64,000 bases of DNA from an uncultured Gammaproteobacteria bacterium (GCA_964640635.1 CAZXFD010000001.1:248306-312305); one strand, 5' to 3'; shown: positions 20,120-30,165, counted from the stretch's first letter. Notes: generated from the sequence alone by a model not told the origin. Numbers and translations: made by a program.

Positions 20120-21709
20120 ATGTCCAAAACTCTTTATAGAAAATATAGACCTCAAAAATTTGAAGAAATAATAGGTCAAGATCATATTAAAATTACCCTT
20201 CAGAATGAAATAGAAAATGGATCTATATCGCATGCCTATTTATTTTTTGGTCCAAGGGGTACTGGAAAAACAACACTTGCAAGGGTTTTTGCAAAGTCTA
20301 TAAATTGTAAAAATAAAAAGACATCAGAGCCTTGTAATGAGTGTGAGATTTGTACATCTATAAACAATGGAAACTTTTTGGATCTTATAGAAATAGATGC
20401 TGCTTCAAATCGTGGTATAAATGAAATTAGAGAATTGCGCGAAATGGCAAAATATTCCCCATCAAGAGGACAATATAAGGTTTTTATCATAGATGAAGCG
20501 CACATGCTTACTATAGAGGCTTTTAATGCACTTCTAAAAACCCTTGAAGAGCCACCAAAGCATGCAATTTTTATACTTGCAACGACAGAATTTCATAAAC
20601 TACCAACTACAATAATTTCTAGATGTCAAAAATTTGAATTTAAAGTAGTGGACCTTGATAAACTTAAAATGCATTTGAAAAATGTTTGTGATAAAGAAAA
20701 TATCAAAGTAGATGACGATGTAATTAGTCTTATTACAAAGCATTCTGGTGGATATGTCAGAGACGCCCTTTCAATGCTTGGCCAAGTGCTTGCTCTTTCT
20801 GAAGATAATAATGTAGATATGGCAACGGCAAGTCTTATTTTTCCAAAATCAAATATAGAAATTATAGTAGAACTTATTGATAATATATTGTTTCAGAAAT
20901 TTGATTTTGCCATAAGAGGTCTCAATAAAATAGTATCTTCCGGAATTGATTTGGAGTATTTCACAGAAGAGCTTATTAATTATCTAAGAAAAATAGTATT
21001 GATTAAGTTGTCTGGCGCTTCTCAAGATTATTTGTGGGACGTTGAAAAAGATATTGAAGAAAAAATTATAGAACAATCTGAACAACTAGATTTAAATATT
21101 TGGCAAGGCATTTTAGAAGAATTCTATAGTGCTTTTGAGCATTTAAAAAATGAAAGATTCAAACAACTTCCACTTGAAATAGCAATTGTTTCTCTAAAAA
21201 ATAAGTTTTTTACTACTAATAATAACGAAGATAGTTTTAAGGGTGGAGGAAATATATTTTCAAATAAGCTTAAACAAGAAAAAGAAAATAATAAAAAAAG
21301 TGATGAACAAGCAAATCATATAGAAACTAGTAATCAAACTACTTTAACTTGTTCCATAGATAGTATAGTAAAAATTTGGCCACAACTACTTATAAATCTT
21401 AAGGATTACAATCATTCCTTATCTGCCTTTGTAATGGTGGGACATCCGCTTAAAATTGATAAAGATAGAATAACTCTAGGATTTCAATATAAATTCCATT
21501 TAGACAGAATTCTGGATGATAAAAACAAAAAAATTATAGAAGAGATTTTATCAGGAATATTGAATGAAAAAATAAATATTGCTGGAGAAATAGATGATAA
21601 TTATGAAGAAAATCATAGGAAAATGATTAGGGTAGATAAAAAAGAAGATGTTGATGGGGGAATTATGGAAGATTTGATGCAAAACTTTGGGGGTGAGGTA
21701 GTTGGGTAA
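20120..21709 (+). CDS. dnaX: DNA polymerase III subunit gamma/tau
   Basis: YRKYRPQKFEEIIGQ ... HAYLFFGPRGTGKTT ... Cys4 zinc module CKNKKTSEPCNECEIC ... IIDEAHML. Confidence 0.9.
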   Translation: MSKTLYRKYRPQKFEEIIGQDHIKITLQNEIENGSISHAYLFFGPRGTGKTTLARVFAKSINCKNKKTSEPCNECEICTSINNGNFLDLIEIDAASNRGINEIRELREMAKYSPSRGQYKVFIIDEAHMLTIEAFNALLKTLEEPPKHAIFILATTEFHKLPTTIISRCQKFEFKVVDLDKLKMHLKNVCDKENIKVDDDVISLITKHSGGYVRDALSMLGQVLALSEDNNVDMATASLIFPKSNIEIIVELIDNILFQKFDFAIRGLNKIVSSGIDLEYFTEELINYLRKIVLIKLSGASQDYLWDVEKDIEEKIIEQSEQLDLNIWQGILEEFYSAFEHLKNERFKQLPLEIAIVSLKNKFFTTNNNEDSFKGGGNIFSNKLKQEKENNKKSDEQANHIETSNQTTLTCSIDSIVKIWPQLLINLKDYNHSLSAFVMVGHPLKIDKDRITLGFQYKFHLDRILDDKNKKIIEEILSGILNEKINIAGEIDDNYEENHRKMIRVDKKEDVDGGIMEDLMQNFGGEVVG

Positions 21710-21732
21710 TAAAAAAATATTATAAAATAAAA

Positions 21733-21760
21733 AGAGACATCTTATTCAGGTGTCTCTTTG
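21733..21760. terminator. Bidirectional hairpin terminator between convergent genes
   Basis: AGAGACA-N11-TGTCTCT flanked by A/T runs. Confidence 0.45.
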
Positions 21761-21778
21761 ATTGTTGGGAATTATGGT

Positions 21779-22288
21779 TTACTTTAGTACATTAGGTTTG
21801 TCAACTTTGATATGGCGATCATGTGGTCCATTTGGATTTTTTGGACCATTATCTTTTTTTTTCGGTTTGGGTGGAGGATCGATTTGTATAAGATCTTCCT
21901 CATCAAACGATTCTGTTTCACGAATATTTCCATTTTCATCTAATTTGTCAGGTTGAATAACATATCTGTTACCTGAACGTGCACGTTTCATACAGGCAAC
22001 TATGATACCAGTGAAGCCAGTAATAATGTGTCGAACCTTAACATTAAATTCAAAGGCATTCGGAGTTTCTATTACGGGTGGTATATCATTATCGGGTGGC
22101 GCAATAATTTGAAGCCCTGGACCACCCAACATTATACTTTCTGGTAATTTACCATCCTTTGTGACTTTGGGTTGTACTTCATATCGAATACAATCCCACA
22201 TATGTTCAATTCGGCCGACTACAACCCCCTCAAAGCCAGTCATTTTATGGCGCACTAGGGAATTGAATGGAATGATTTCTTGTTTCAT
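21779..22288 (-). CDS. Hypothetical protein with an internal tandem ~40-aa repeat and a Pro/Lys-rich tail
   Basis: Repeats VRHKMTGFEGVVVGRIEHMWDCIRYEVQP and VRHIITGFTGIIVACMKRARSGNRYVIQP. Confidence 0.4.
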   Translation of the reverse strand: MKQEIIPFNSLVRHKMTGFEGVVVGRIEHMWDCIRYEVQPKVTKDGKLPESIMLGGPGLQIIAPPDNDIPPVIETPNAFEFNVKVRHIITGFTGIIVACMKRARSGNRYVIQPDKLDENGNIRETESFDEEDLIQIDPPPKPKKKDNGPKNPNGPHDRHIKVDKPNVLK

Positions 22289-22410
22289 CTGTTCCTCCTG
22301 TTATTATTTTGAGAATATTTTATTATATAACTTATTAAGGAAAAGTCAAGTTGTTACAAAGTAAACAAAAAATAGAGTTTTAAACTCTATTTTTTTATGG
22401 CCATTAATAA

Positions 22411-22445
22411 AAAACCCGCAGATATTTTGCGGGTAATTTTTTATT
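22411..22445. terminator. Bidirectional rho-independent terminator (CCCGCA-N7-TGCGGG flanked by A6/T-run)
   Basis: Read directly from sequence. Confidence 0.55.
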
Positions 22446-22749
22446 TTAGACTAAAAGTAAAAGATGGTTCATAATTTTCATTATATCCAGGTTTGTCGTA
22501 TTTAACTGTCCAACCAACTGATCTGTAGACCTCTTCTATGTTTAACCAGCCTTGATTAGATATCTCTTCTTTTTTTAATCCCTTTTTTATCATTAGATCG
22601 ATAACATCTTTTTGTTTTATGTTAACTGAATGACCACACCATTGTTGAGCAATTAATTCATTGAACGATTCAAATACTTCATCAGGAAATATTTTGACTT
22701 TTGTTTCTGGTATTTCACTCGGTCTAATGGGCATTGTTTTGTTAGACAT
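22441..22749 (-). CDS. Hypothetical protein
   Basis: 102 aa ORF. Confidence 0.4.
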   Translation of the reverse strand: MSNKTMPIRPSEIPETKVKIFPDEVFESFNELIAQQWCGHSVNIKQKDVIDLMIKKGLKKEEISNQGWLNIEEVYRSVGWTVKYDKPGYNENYEPSFTFSLK

Positions 22750-22922
22750 TTTGTATACCTCCTAATATTATTATTGTAATTTGATAATAACATAATGATT
22801 TAAATAGTCAATTATCTTATGTTTACTATTTAATCTTTATATAGTATAATGTTGCTATCATTTAAGGATCGTTTGTTTTTATTAAAATTTCTGTATAATA
22901 TATTTTAATAATTAAAAAATAT

Positions 22923-22996
22923 TCGGGGATCGTCTAATGGTAGGACAACAGGTTCTGGTCCTGTTTATTGGAGTTCGAATCTCTATCCCCGAGCCA
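22923..22996 (+). tRNA. tRNA-Gln (anticodon CUG)
   Basis: TCGGGGATCGTCTAATGGTAGGACAACAGGTTCTGGTCCTGTTTATTGGAGTTCGAATCTCTATCCCCGAGCCA has a U1-A72 acceptor pair typical of bacterial tRNA-Gln, a TTCGAAT T-loop, the anticodon loop TTCTGGT and an encoded CCA. Confidence 0.85.
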
Positions 22997-23031
22997 TAAA
23001 AGAAACATTGTGAAAATCAGTGTTTTTTTGT

Positions 23032-24147
23032 TTATTGAAATGCTAGAATTGGAATATTATTGATGTGCTCAAACCCGATTGTGACACTATTGTGACAATT
23101 ATTATCCATTTGCTTACTTAATACACTTATTGCATCTGTTGTTGCAAGTGGTCCTAAATGAGAATATCTCATTGTAGTTTTAACATCAGAGTGTCCTAAT
23201 AATTCTTTAACGATAAGTATTGAAACTCCACTTTGAACTAAATGAGAAGCAAAAGTGTGTCTTAAAGCGTGCCAACCTATTCTTCTTAATCCTGCTAATT
23301 TACAAGCATCATGAAGTCCTTCTAGAGCCACACTGGAGGTATAAGGCTTTTCACCAACGTTTGGAAAGACTAAACCAGTTTTTATTGATCTGCTGTTCAA
23401 TAAATAAAAGAGTTGTGAAGCTAGTGGAACATATCTTATCTTATTACTTTTCGTACTTCCAATTAAGCCCCTAGTAATAGATCTTCTAACAATAATTTTT
23501 CTATTGTTGAGATCAATATCGCTCCAATCAAGAATAGCAAGCTCTCCAAATCTCAATCCAGTCATAGAGTCCATTAAAATCATCTCTTTTATCATCCCAT
23601 TAGACGCGAATAAAAGTGATGACAATTCTTCGTTGCTCAGAAAATCAAATTTCTGTGGAGGAACTTTTAATAGTCTCATTTTAGGTACCTTATTTATACA
23701 CTCCCATTCTTGGGCTGTCTTAAGACATTTACTTAGAATCGTTAGAAGATTATTTATTGTTTTTGGGTTTAGTTTTTCCGATAGCTTTTTTGCTTTAAAT
23801 TCTTCTATCTGCAATACGGTTATTTTATCTAAGTGTAATTTTCCAAAAAATGGAATTAAATGTCTATTAAGAGCATATCTCTTACTAGCTTGTTCAGATT
23901 CTTTGTTGTTATTTACAACATAGGTTTTGTGCCATTTTAGCGCAAATTCAGAAAATATAGGTGCCTTGGTATATTTCTCTATTTTCTCGATTATATCTTC
24001 ACCACGGGCTAATTTAGAGCGAATAATACCCTCATAAACCTTGGCTCCGGTAAAACTATTTTCTGGACTAGGCATTCTATGTCTTTGTCTATTAAACATG
24101 AAATCTATCCAATATTTATTTCCTCTTTTACGTATACTCATATTCAT
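23032..24147 (-). CDS. int: Tyrosine-type site-specific integrase
   Basis: C-terminal catalytic motifs GWHALRHTFASHLVQSG ... LLGHSDVKTTMRYSHL (R..HxxR..Y); N-terminal SAM-like domain; adjacent to the tRNA. Confidence 0.9.
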   Translation of the reverse strand: MNMSIRKRGNKYWIDFMFNRQRHRMPSPENSFTGAKVYEGIIRSKLARGEDIIEKIEKYTKAPIFSEFALKWHKTYVVNNNKESEQASKRYALNRHLIPFFGKLHLDKITVLQIEEFKAKKLSEKLNPKTINNLLTILSKCLKTAQEWECINKVPKMRLLKVPPQKFDFLSNEELSSLLFASNGMIKEMILMDSMTGLRFGELAILDWSDIDLNNRKIIVRRSITRGLIGSTKSNKIRYVPLASQLFYLLNSRSIKTGLVFPNVGEKPYTSSVALEGLHDACKLAGLRRIGWHALRHTFASHLVQSGVSILIVKELLGHSDVKTTMRYSHLGPLATTDAISVLSKQMDNNCHNSVTIGFEHINNIPILAFQ

Positions 24148-24353
24148 CTTGAGATTATTTTGACTTGAACATTATTCAAATAAGCCTCAACATCTTCTCG
24201 TTTAAATCTTAAGCTTCCACCTATTTTATAAAACTGAATTACTCTTTGATTTATCAGTCTATAAATAGTTGGTTTAGAAATACTTAAAAATTTAGCAAGA
24301 TCATCTGGCGTTAAAAATGGTTTATTTATAATATTGTTCGCATCGTCAATCAT
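24144..24353 (-). CDS. xis: Excisionase / AlpA-like helix-turn-helix DNA-binding protein
   Basis: 69 aa; LSISKPTIYRLINQRVIQFYKIGGSLRFKREDVEAYL (HTH_17 excisionase pattern); overlaps the int start by 4 nt. Confidence 0.7.
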   Translation of the reverse strand: MIDDANNIINKPFLTPDDLAKFLSISKPTIYRLINQRVIQFYKIGGSLRFKREDVEAYLNNVQVKIISR

Positions 24354-24379
24354 ATAAGTTGTTAAAGAACAATATTGAT

Positions 24380-24401
24380 GAGATAAATATATATTTATCT
24401 C
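24380..24401. promoter_or_regulatory. Perfect 22-bp palindrome GAGATAAATATATATTTATCTC upstream of xis-int (candidate operator)
   Basis: Read directly from sequence, 27 nt upstream of the xis start codon. Confidence 0.45.
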
Positions 24402-24449
24402 TAAGCAATATTATCCTATCATTTTTTGTTATTCATTTAAAGATACTTC

Positions 24450-24914
24450 TTATTTAGCTTCTTTCATTATTCGATAAATTTCTGATTCTGGTAAAAAACG
24501 ACTAAATATTTTTTCTATTCTTTTATTTGACTCTTCTCTTTTTCTAGCTAATTCTTCTGGATCTTCTTGGATTTGAATTTGTTGAATATAACTATCATTA
24601 AACATTCCAATTGATTTTCCGATCCAAATATTAGCATTTAATCTTACGTTTTCATTCTTAGACGATTCGGCTAAATGTTTTAAGTTTTTTAAAACGTAAT
24701 CTGAATTTAGCTCTAGAACATCGAACCTTCGTTGCAAATATATCTTAACCTTAGTTATTCTTAGCAATTTACTAGCATTAACAGCCGCAACTTCATCGCT
24801 CAGTGTTTGTCCATATACTTTTTTATATGCTTTAGTAGCATTGCGATTACAATTTATGTATTCTTCTGCAAAAACTAATTGCTTATCTATTTCTTTTGTT
24901 TTTGTTGTGTTCAT
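24450..24914 (-). CDS. Phage terminase small subunit-like protein (Terminase_2 family)
   Basis: KQLVFAEEYINCNRNATKAYKKVYGQTLSDEVAAVNASKLLRITKVKIYL matches the TerS N-terminal HTH consensus (KQxxFxxEY...NAT.A........A...AS.LL...V). Confidence 0.55.
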   Translation of the reverse strand: MNTTKTKEIDKQLVFAEEYINCNRNATKAYKKVYGQTLSDEVAAVNASKLLRITKVKIYLQRRFDVLELNSDYVLKNLKHLAESSKNENVRLNANIWIGKSIGMFNDSYIQQIQIQEDPEELARKREESNKRIEKIFSRFLPESEIYRIMKEAK

Positions 24915-25117
24915 TATCTTATTATTTGTTAATTGCTTGTTAAAATATTTTTAACAAACTAATTATGGCTTAAAATAGATATTATTTGTTATTTGTGGGA
25001 TGAACTTATTGTTTTCTACCAATAAGGAAAGATAGCTTCCTTGATTGATTCCGAAGGAATCAAGGTAGCTAGCTTATTAACTTGTTAATATATATATGTA
25101 TATTAAAAGTTAACAAG

Positions 25118-26254
25118 CTAGTTTTTGGTTGCTGGAAAATAATAATTTGCTTGTCCCTGTTTACCTACATCTAAAATTTCAGCATCTACTAATTCTTTAA
25201 ATGCCGACCTTAAATTACTATCTTTAATATCTGTTTGATTTAGTACGTCTCTAATTGTTAATCCAGAGACCTCTTTTAGCATCTCTAAAATCTTTTCTTT
25301 GGCCTCGTCGACTTTTTTTGTCTTTTCTTGAGCTTCTCCTAGAAATTCCCATCTTATTTTTTTTTCTGTGTCTATAATTCTAATCACCACCTTTTGCTGT
25401 AATTTTTTTGACGACCTTGCTTTTTCTTGTGAAATTGTTATATCTAAAGCATTTTCACCTTCTTCAGTTATAGAATTTTTTGATTCCAGTGCTAAATGAG
25501 AAGATGTTTTACTTACAATTTCTGAACTACCCCTCATTGAATTTTGACTTATTTTCTCTCCTTGATATGGCTTACGGTTATGGTGTGTAAAAATCACAGA
25601 AATTTTGGTTTGTCTGATTAACTCTAATAATTGACTTGTAATTTTTTTCATTTCTGTTGAACTATTTTCCTCTTTATCATGAATTGTAGTAAGGGTATCT
25701 AATATTATTACCCCGTAATTATTTTTTTGTATTTTGAGTACTAAATTATTGAAATCTTCAGGATCGTCAATTTTAAAATTCTGATCTATCATATAGTCTA
25801 AACCCGCTATGTTGTCATTCGCTATTTTTTGTAGTCTTAATGCAATTTCATTCTTGTTCATTTCGCCATCCACATAAAGCACTTTTGTTTTCTCTACTTC
25901 ATATTCCCCAAAGACTTTTTTTCCTTGGATTATTTGATATGCCATAATTAATACTAATAAAGATTTTCCGGCTCCAGACTGTGCAGAAATCGCTGTAATG
26001 CTTTCTTTGGGAATCAGTGGATTAATAATGAAATATTCCGGTTGAACTTTATATTTCATTAATTCTTGAGCAGTTGTAATAACAAAATCATTAGACTCAT
26101 CAATAATCTTTGATTCATCTTGTTGTTCAAATTTTGGAAATTTCATATCTTCTAATCTTGAAGTTTGTATATCATCCCAATTAGGAGCCTCAATCAATTT
26201 AATTTCTCCATCCATAGAACCTTTTGTTTCATTATTAGTCTCATTTGTTGGCAT
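25118..26254 (-). CDS. RecA-fold replicative ATPase (AAA_25/RepA-like) with a C-terminal winged-helix domain
   Basis: Walker A SAQSGAGKS; YVDGE; Walker B VIILDTLTT; FTHHNRK; C-terminal wHTH. Confidence 0.6.
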   Translation of the reverse strand: MPTNETNNETKGSMDGEIKLIEAPNWDDIQTSRLEDMKFPKFEQQDESKIIDESNDFVITTAQELMKYKVQPEYFIINPLIPKESITAISAQSGAGKSLLVLIMAYQIIQGKKVFGEYEVEKTKVLYVDGEMNKNEIALRLQKIANDNIAGLDYMIDQNFKIDDPEDFNNLVLKIQKNNYGVIILDTLTTIHDKEENSSTEMKKITSQLLELIRQTKISVIFTHHNRKPYQGEKISQNSMRGSSEIVSKTSSHLALESKNSITEEGENALDITISQEKARSSKKLQQKVVIRIIDTEKKIRWEFLGEAQEKTKKVDEAKEKILEMLKEVSGLTIRDVLNQTDIKDSNLRSAFKELVDAEILDVGKQGQANYYFPATKN

Positions 26255-26262
26255 ATTATTAT

Positions 26263-26565
26263 TTAGTTAATCGTCTTTATCGCAGATTCTTGAATATTTT
26301 TTTCTGCTATAGAATAATCTGCATTCAATTGACCATGTTTATTTATTTTATATCCAAAATCTAAAGAAGCTTTTATAAATGACTCTCTTGAAATATATCC
26401 GCCAAGAATATTCCCCATACTTTTTTCAACACAATGTTTTAGGTTTTGAGCAGTATATTTTTTATTAATATTTTTTTTTATTTTTACAAACTTTTGAAGC
26501 CATTCTTTACATAATTGAACTTCTTTTTCATTTATATATTTAATATCTAAATTTTTTATTTTCAT
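26263..26565 (-). CDS. Hypothetical protein
   Basis: 100 aa ORF within the element. Confidence 0.35.
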   Translation of the reverse strand: MKIKNLDIKYINEKEVQLCKEWLQKFVKIKKNINKKYTAQNLKHCVEKSMGNILGGYISRESFIKASLDFGYKINKHGQLNADYSIAEKNIQESAIKTIN

Positions 26566-26658
26566 ATTATTATTTTAATTTATAAACTTATAATGAGACT
26601 CATTCATGGCCCATGATTTTTGGGTAATGTGTAAATTCTAAAATTGTTTTTATGTGGT

Positions 26659-26928
26659 TTAAGTTTCATAAATCCTTGATTTAATTTCTTTTATTAAACT
26701 AAAAAATACTAGTGGTTCAACTAATAACTCTTTTTTCCAGAATCTATTGAGAATTATTTCCAGGTTTTTATCTATTTTGAAATAGAATATAGTCCTTTTA
26801 GGATTTTCTTTATCCATTTTTTCTATTTTGTAATTGAAGTAAGACAATACGACTATTGTATTAAAGTCCGTTGTTGAAAATAATTTTTTATTATTCATTA
26901 TTATGCTCATATAATTTTTTCCTTTCAT
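26659..26928 (-). CDS. Hypothetical protein
   Basis: 89 aa ORF. Confidence 0.3.
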   Translation of the reverse strand: MKGKNYMSIIMNNKKLFSTTDFNTIVVLSYFNYKIEKMDKENPKRTIFYFKIDKNLEIILNRFWKKELLVEPLVFFSLIKEIKSRIYET

Positions 26929-27046
26929 ATTAAAATTATATGCCTATATAGAAAGACAAAAAATTTGTTTAGATTCTAAACAAATCAAAAAAACGCTTAA
27001 TTTTATTAGCGTTTTTTTATATTTCTTTTATGGGTTTCTTTAGATT

Positions 27047-27787
27047 CTAAACAGTATACTTATTTTCTAATTTTTTATATTCTTCTTCGTTTTTTAATGT
27101 TTCTATGTGGATAACTTTTGTAATAGTATTCGCTCTCTTTTCTAATATAGAGGTTGGAGTAAAAATTTTATCACAATAGAATTTTAATCTTTTATTATAA
27201 TTAATACTCATTAATGTTTTGATGTTGCAATCTTTCAAAATATCTATATTAACGTCTTTATTTCTTATTTCTGCTAAATTATATAAGCTATCCGCCCAAC
27301 CCTTTTTATCATTAGCACTCATATTTCTTGGAAATATTGACGCATTCTTTATCTCGCCAATCACAATATATTTATATCCTTTGGAACCATCTTTAAATAT
27401 ATACAATTTCTTGATTTTGTTTTTCTCCTTTTCATCCATAATTTCTCTACATAATTTATTGAATTCGTTGCTTATATTAATTACATATTGATATGGGTAT
27501 TTAAAATACATTCCTAAATATTTACTAGGCACTAATTCATCTTCTTCTGAATTTGGCCTTACGCTTTGTAAAAATCCTGAATTTTTTAACTCATCCAAAG
27601 CTATAGGAAATAATGAATTCACAAAGCCGCTATTTTTCAATTCCTCGTCTTTAATTATTAAGTCTATTTGGTCAAATTTCTCATTTAGTGGGTGGTATTC
27701 ATAAAATGGGTCTGATTTTAAAGTTTTCAATTTAATCTTTAATAATCCAATTATAAACTTTTTGCCATCTTCAATATTGGTATTCAT
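27047..27787 (-). CDS. Hypothetical protein (internal DELKNSGF repeat)
   Basis: 246 aa ORF. Confidence 0.4.
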   Translation of the reverse strand: MNTNIEDGKKFIIGLLKIKLKTLKSDPFYEYHPLNEKFDQIDLIIKDEELKNSGFVNSLFPIALDELKNSGFLQSVRPNSEEDELVPSKYLGMYFKYPYQYVINISNEFNKLCREIMDEKEKNKIKKLYIFKDGSKGYKYIVIGEIKNASIFPRNMSANDKKGWADSLYNLAEIRNKDVNIDILKDCNIKTLMSINYNKRLKFYCDKIFTPTSILEKRANTITKVIHIETLKNEEEYKKLENKYTV

Positions 27788-28255
27788 ATATTTTTCATTT
27801 TAATCTTAATATATTTCTATAATATCTCTATTGCATAGGCTTGTAAACAATATATTGATTACCTAGGTGTTTTAACATATAATAAAAGAGCCAAACGATA
27901 GAAGAAATTTATAGGGATTTTAATAAAATCACAGCTTTTTGTGACATTCTCATTTGTGACAAGGATCGGGCATACCGACCAAAACACAAATGGGAATTCC
28001 TATGGATACCTTTTGTCGTTTGGCAGGTCGGGTGTCCGTTTTTGTTTATATAAATAAATTAAATAACTATGGAAATAAGACAAATGATAATTGCATTCAC
28101 GTGGATAATGTTTTGGGGATACGTTATTGCAAATATTAGTCATGCACAAAAAGAATCCAAGGTGTTTTATTGGCTTCTTTTAATCTCTATAATGATATCA
28201 TTAACAATTATTAAAATTTAAAAGCCACATAAATATTATAGGGTAAATTAATAAT

Positions 28256-29098
28256 ATGAAAAAAATATTACATTTTGATGATGAGTCAGTGTTGGGTAAT
28301 ATGTTTAAGTTAAAATTTGAAAAAGCTGGATTTATTGTTCAGTATTATGAAAAACTTCCAAAAGATGAAGAAGAATTTATTAATTTAGTCCTATCAGAAA
28401 ATCCAAATATTATTTTGACTGATATTATTCACCAAGGATTAGATGGATTTGAAATGACAGAAATATTAAAAGGTGATGATAGAACAAAAAACATTCCAAT
28501 TATTGCTTTTACAAACATGAATCAGGAAGAAGACATAAAAAGAGGCATTGATTTAGGAATGAGTGATTATATTGTTAACACAACAAAAATAGAGGAAATT
28601 GTCAGTAGAATAAACAACATAATAAATAATAAGATTTCTAAGAAACAAAAAACTATGAAGCAGATTCTAGACAAAACAATGGAGCTTATTGAATCTTCGA
28701 AGAGGACTATGGCGGCAAGATTTTGCAGTGGAGATGGGAGAAATGAAACTTTTGGTATTGATTTTGGTCCGATCACTCCAGAAATTGACTCGAATATGGC
28801 GGCAGAAGCCTATGGCTCAATAGGCATATATTTTTCTAAGAACAAAACGGATCGCAGTTTATCTGAAGGTCAATTTTGTTTAATATTAATGATGGGCGAA
28901 GATATAATGGTTGGATCATTTATTATTGCAAAACTTGGTGGAGAAGAAATGATAAATGAAATGAGAAAAAGAATTATAGACTTAAGAATTAAGAATGTTG
29001 GTGATAGGATAGATGGATTAGAAGAAGCTGTTTTACTAAAAGAAACAAACGATTATTTTGACCACTGTTTAAATTTTGGAAATAATTTAGCTAAGTAA
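28256..29098 (+). CDS. Orphan response-regulator receiver (REC) domain protein with an uncharacterised C-terminal domain
   Basis: The acidic pocket DDE and ILTDIIHQGLDGFEM ... IIAFT ... GMSDYIVN follow the CheY-like REC pattern; the ~150-aa C-terminal domain is unknown. Confidence 0.55.
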   Translation: MKKILHFDDESVLGNMFKLKFEKAGFIVQYYEKLPKDEEEFINLVLSENPNIILTDIIHQGLDGFEMTEILKGDDRTKNIPIIAFTNMNQEEDIKRGIDLGMSDYIVNTTKIEEIVSRINNIINNKISKKQKTMKQILDKTMELIESSKRTMAARFCSGDGRNETFGIDFGPITPEIDSNMAAEAYGSIGIYFSKNKTDRSLSEGQFCLILMMGEDIMVGSFIIAKLGGEEMINEMRKRIIDLRIKNVGDRIDGLEEAVLLKETNDYFDHCLNFGNNLAK

Positions 29099-29122
29099 TT
29101 TAAATTATTTAGTCATATTAGA

Positions 29123-30157
29123 ATGTACAATTATCTTAAACCAAAAGAATACTACGAAGATCTATATGATAAATTTACCGTAAAAAGATGCCTTGATCAT
29201 GAAAGATTCTTTTTAAAACAACAGATAGATCCAAATGATAAGGATGCTAAAGAAAAAGAAAGGGTCTTAAATGCAGCACTTGGGGTGTCTCTATATTTCA
29301 TAAAAGGATATAGATATAAAGAAAAAGAATCCACTATTCAAGAATGGATGAATAGAGATAAGGAGATTGATAGAAGATTGGAGGAAGCTATACTATATAA
29401 CGTAAAATGTCCTTTTTGTCACAGTGCTAATATGAGTCTAGAGTCTAAAGACGTGCTTGAAGAGCGTGTTTTATTTTTATATAAATGCGATGATTGCAAG
29501 AAAATAAGTTCTTTCAATGAATATGGTGAAAGAAAAACATTTGAATCAAGGTGTCCTAAATGTAACGATATATTAGAGGGTAAAGCGAAAAGAGAAAAAG
29601 ACAAAATAACATCTTATTATAAATGTCCTAGCTGTAATTATAAAGAAAAACCAGAGGTATATTTATTTAAAAATAAAAAGGAAGAAGATAACAGTTGGAA
29701 AAAATACAGAGAAATATGTTGTTTTAGCGAAATTAAGGGTAGAGAATTTATTGACGGAGAAATAAGATTAAAGGGTATGAGAGATCTTGTTGATGAAATA
29801 AAGACAATGGATGCTAACAAGGGGCTTTACGAAAGACTAGATAAATTAGAAAAATTAAATATTGCCAAACTAAAAGAACTATTAAATAAGTCTTTAGTAA
29901 AAAACAAATATACACAATTAAAATTTTCAGAACCTGAGATTGGTAAAGATGTCATTGTCAGCTTCAAAGTTCAAGACAACGACGCAGTAAGAGAAGAATA
30001 TGAAAGTAAAGATGAATTAAAAAAGACAATCAACGAAACACTTAAAAATACTAATTGGAGATTAATGAGTGATGGTGTTAATTATAGACTAGGCTTTTTA
30101 AGTGGGAGATTAAGAGGATATGAAAATAAGGACGATTTATTAAAGTTAGTGAAGTAA
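29123..30157 (+). CDS. Hypothetical protein with two Cys4 zinc ribbons
   Basis: Cys pairs CPFC...CDDC and CPKC...CPSC. Confidence 0.45.
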   Translation: MYNYLKPKEYYEDLYDKFTVKRCLDHERFFLKQQIDPNDKDAKEKERVLNAALGVSLYFIKGYRYKEKESTIQEWMNRDKEIDRRLEEAILYNVKCPFCHSANMSLESKDVLEERVLFLYKCDDCKKISSFNEYGERKTFESRCPKCNDILEGKAKREKDKITSYYKCPSCNYKEKPEVYLFKNKKEEDNSWKKYREICCFSEIKGREFIDGEIRLKGMRDLVDEIKTMDANKGLYERLDKLEKLNIAKLKELLNKSLVKNKYTQLKFSEPEIGKDVIVSFKVQDNDAVREEYESKDELKKTINETLKNTNWRLMSDGVNYRLGFLSGRLRGYENKDDLLKLVK

Positions 30158-30165
30158 AATTTATG

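Noticed and set aside
21762-21956. 64-aa plus-strand ORF with G/S/F-rich translation
   Set aside because: It overlaps the 3' part of the better-supported minus-strand gene 21779-22288 (antisense of its Pro/Lys-rich tail).
22441-22749. Possibility that the genes at 21779-22749 belong to the tRNA-Gln island
   Set aside because: They lie 5' of the intact tRNA, outside the direct repeats. They are kept as flanking chromosomal or older-element genes.
23220-23923. Two plus-strand ORFs (84 and 139 aa)
   Set aside because: Antisense within the tyrosine integrase gene, whose catalytic motifs are unambiguous.
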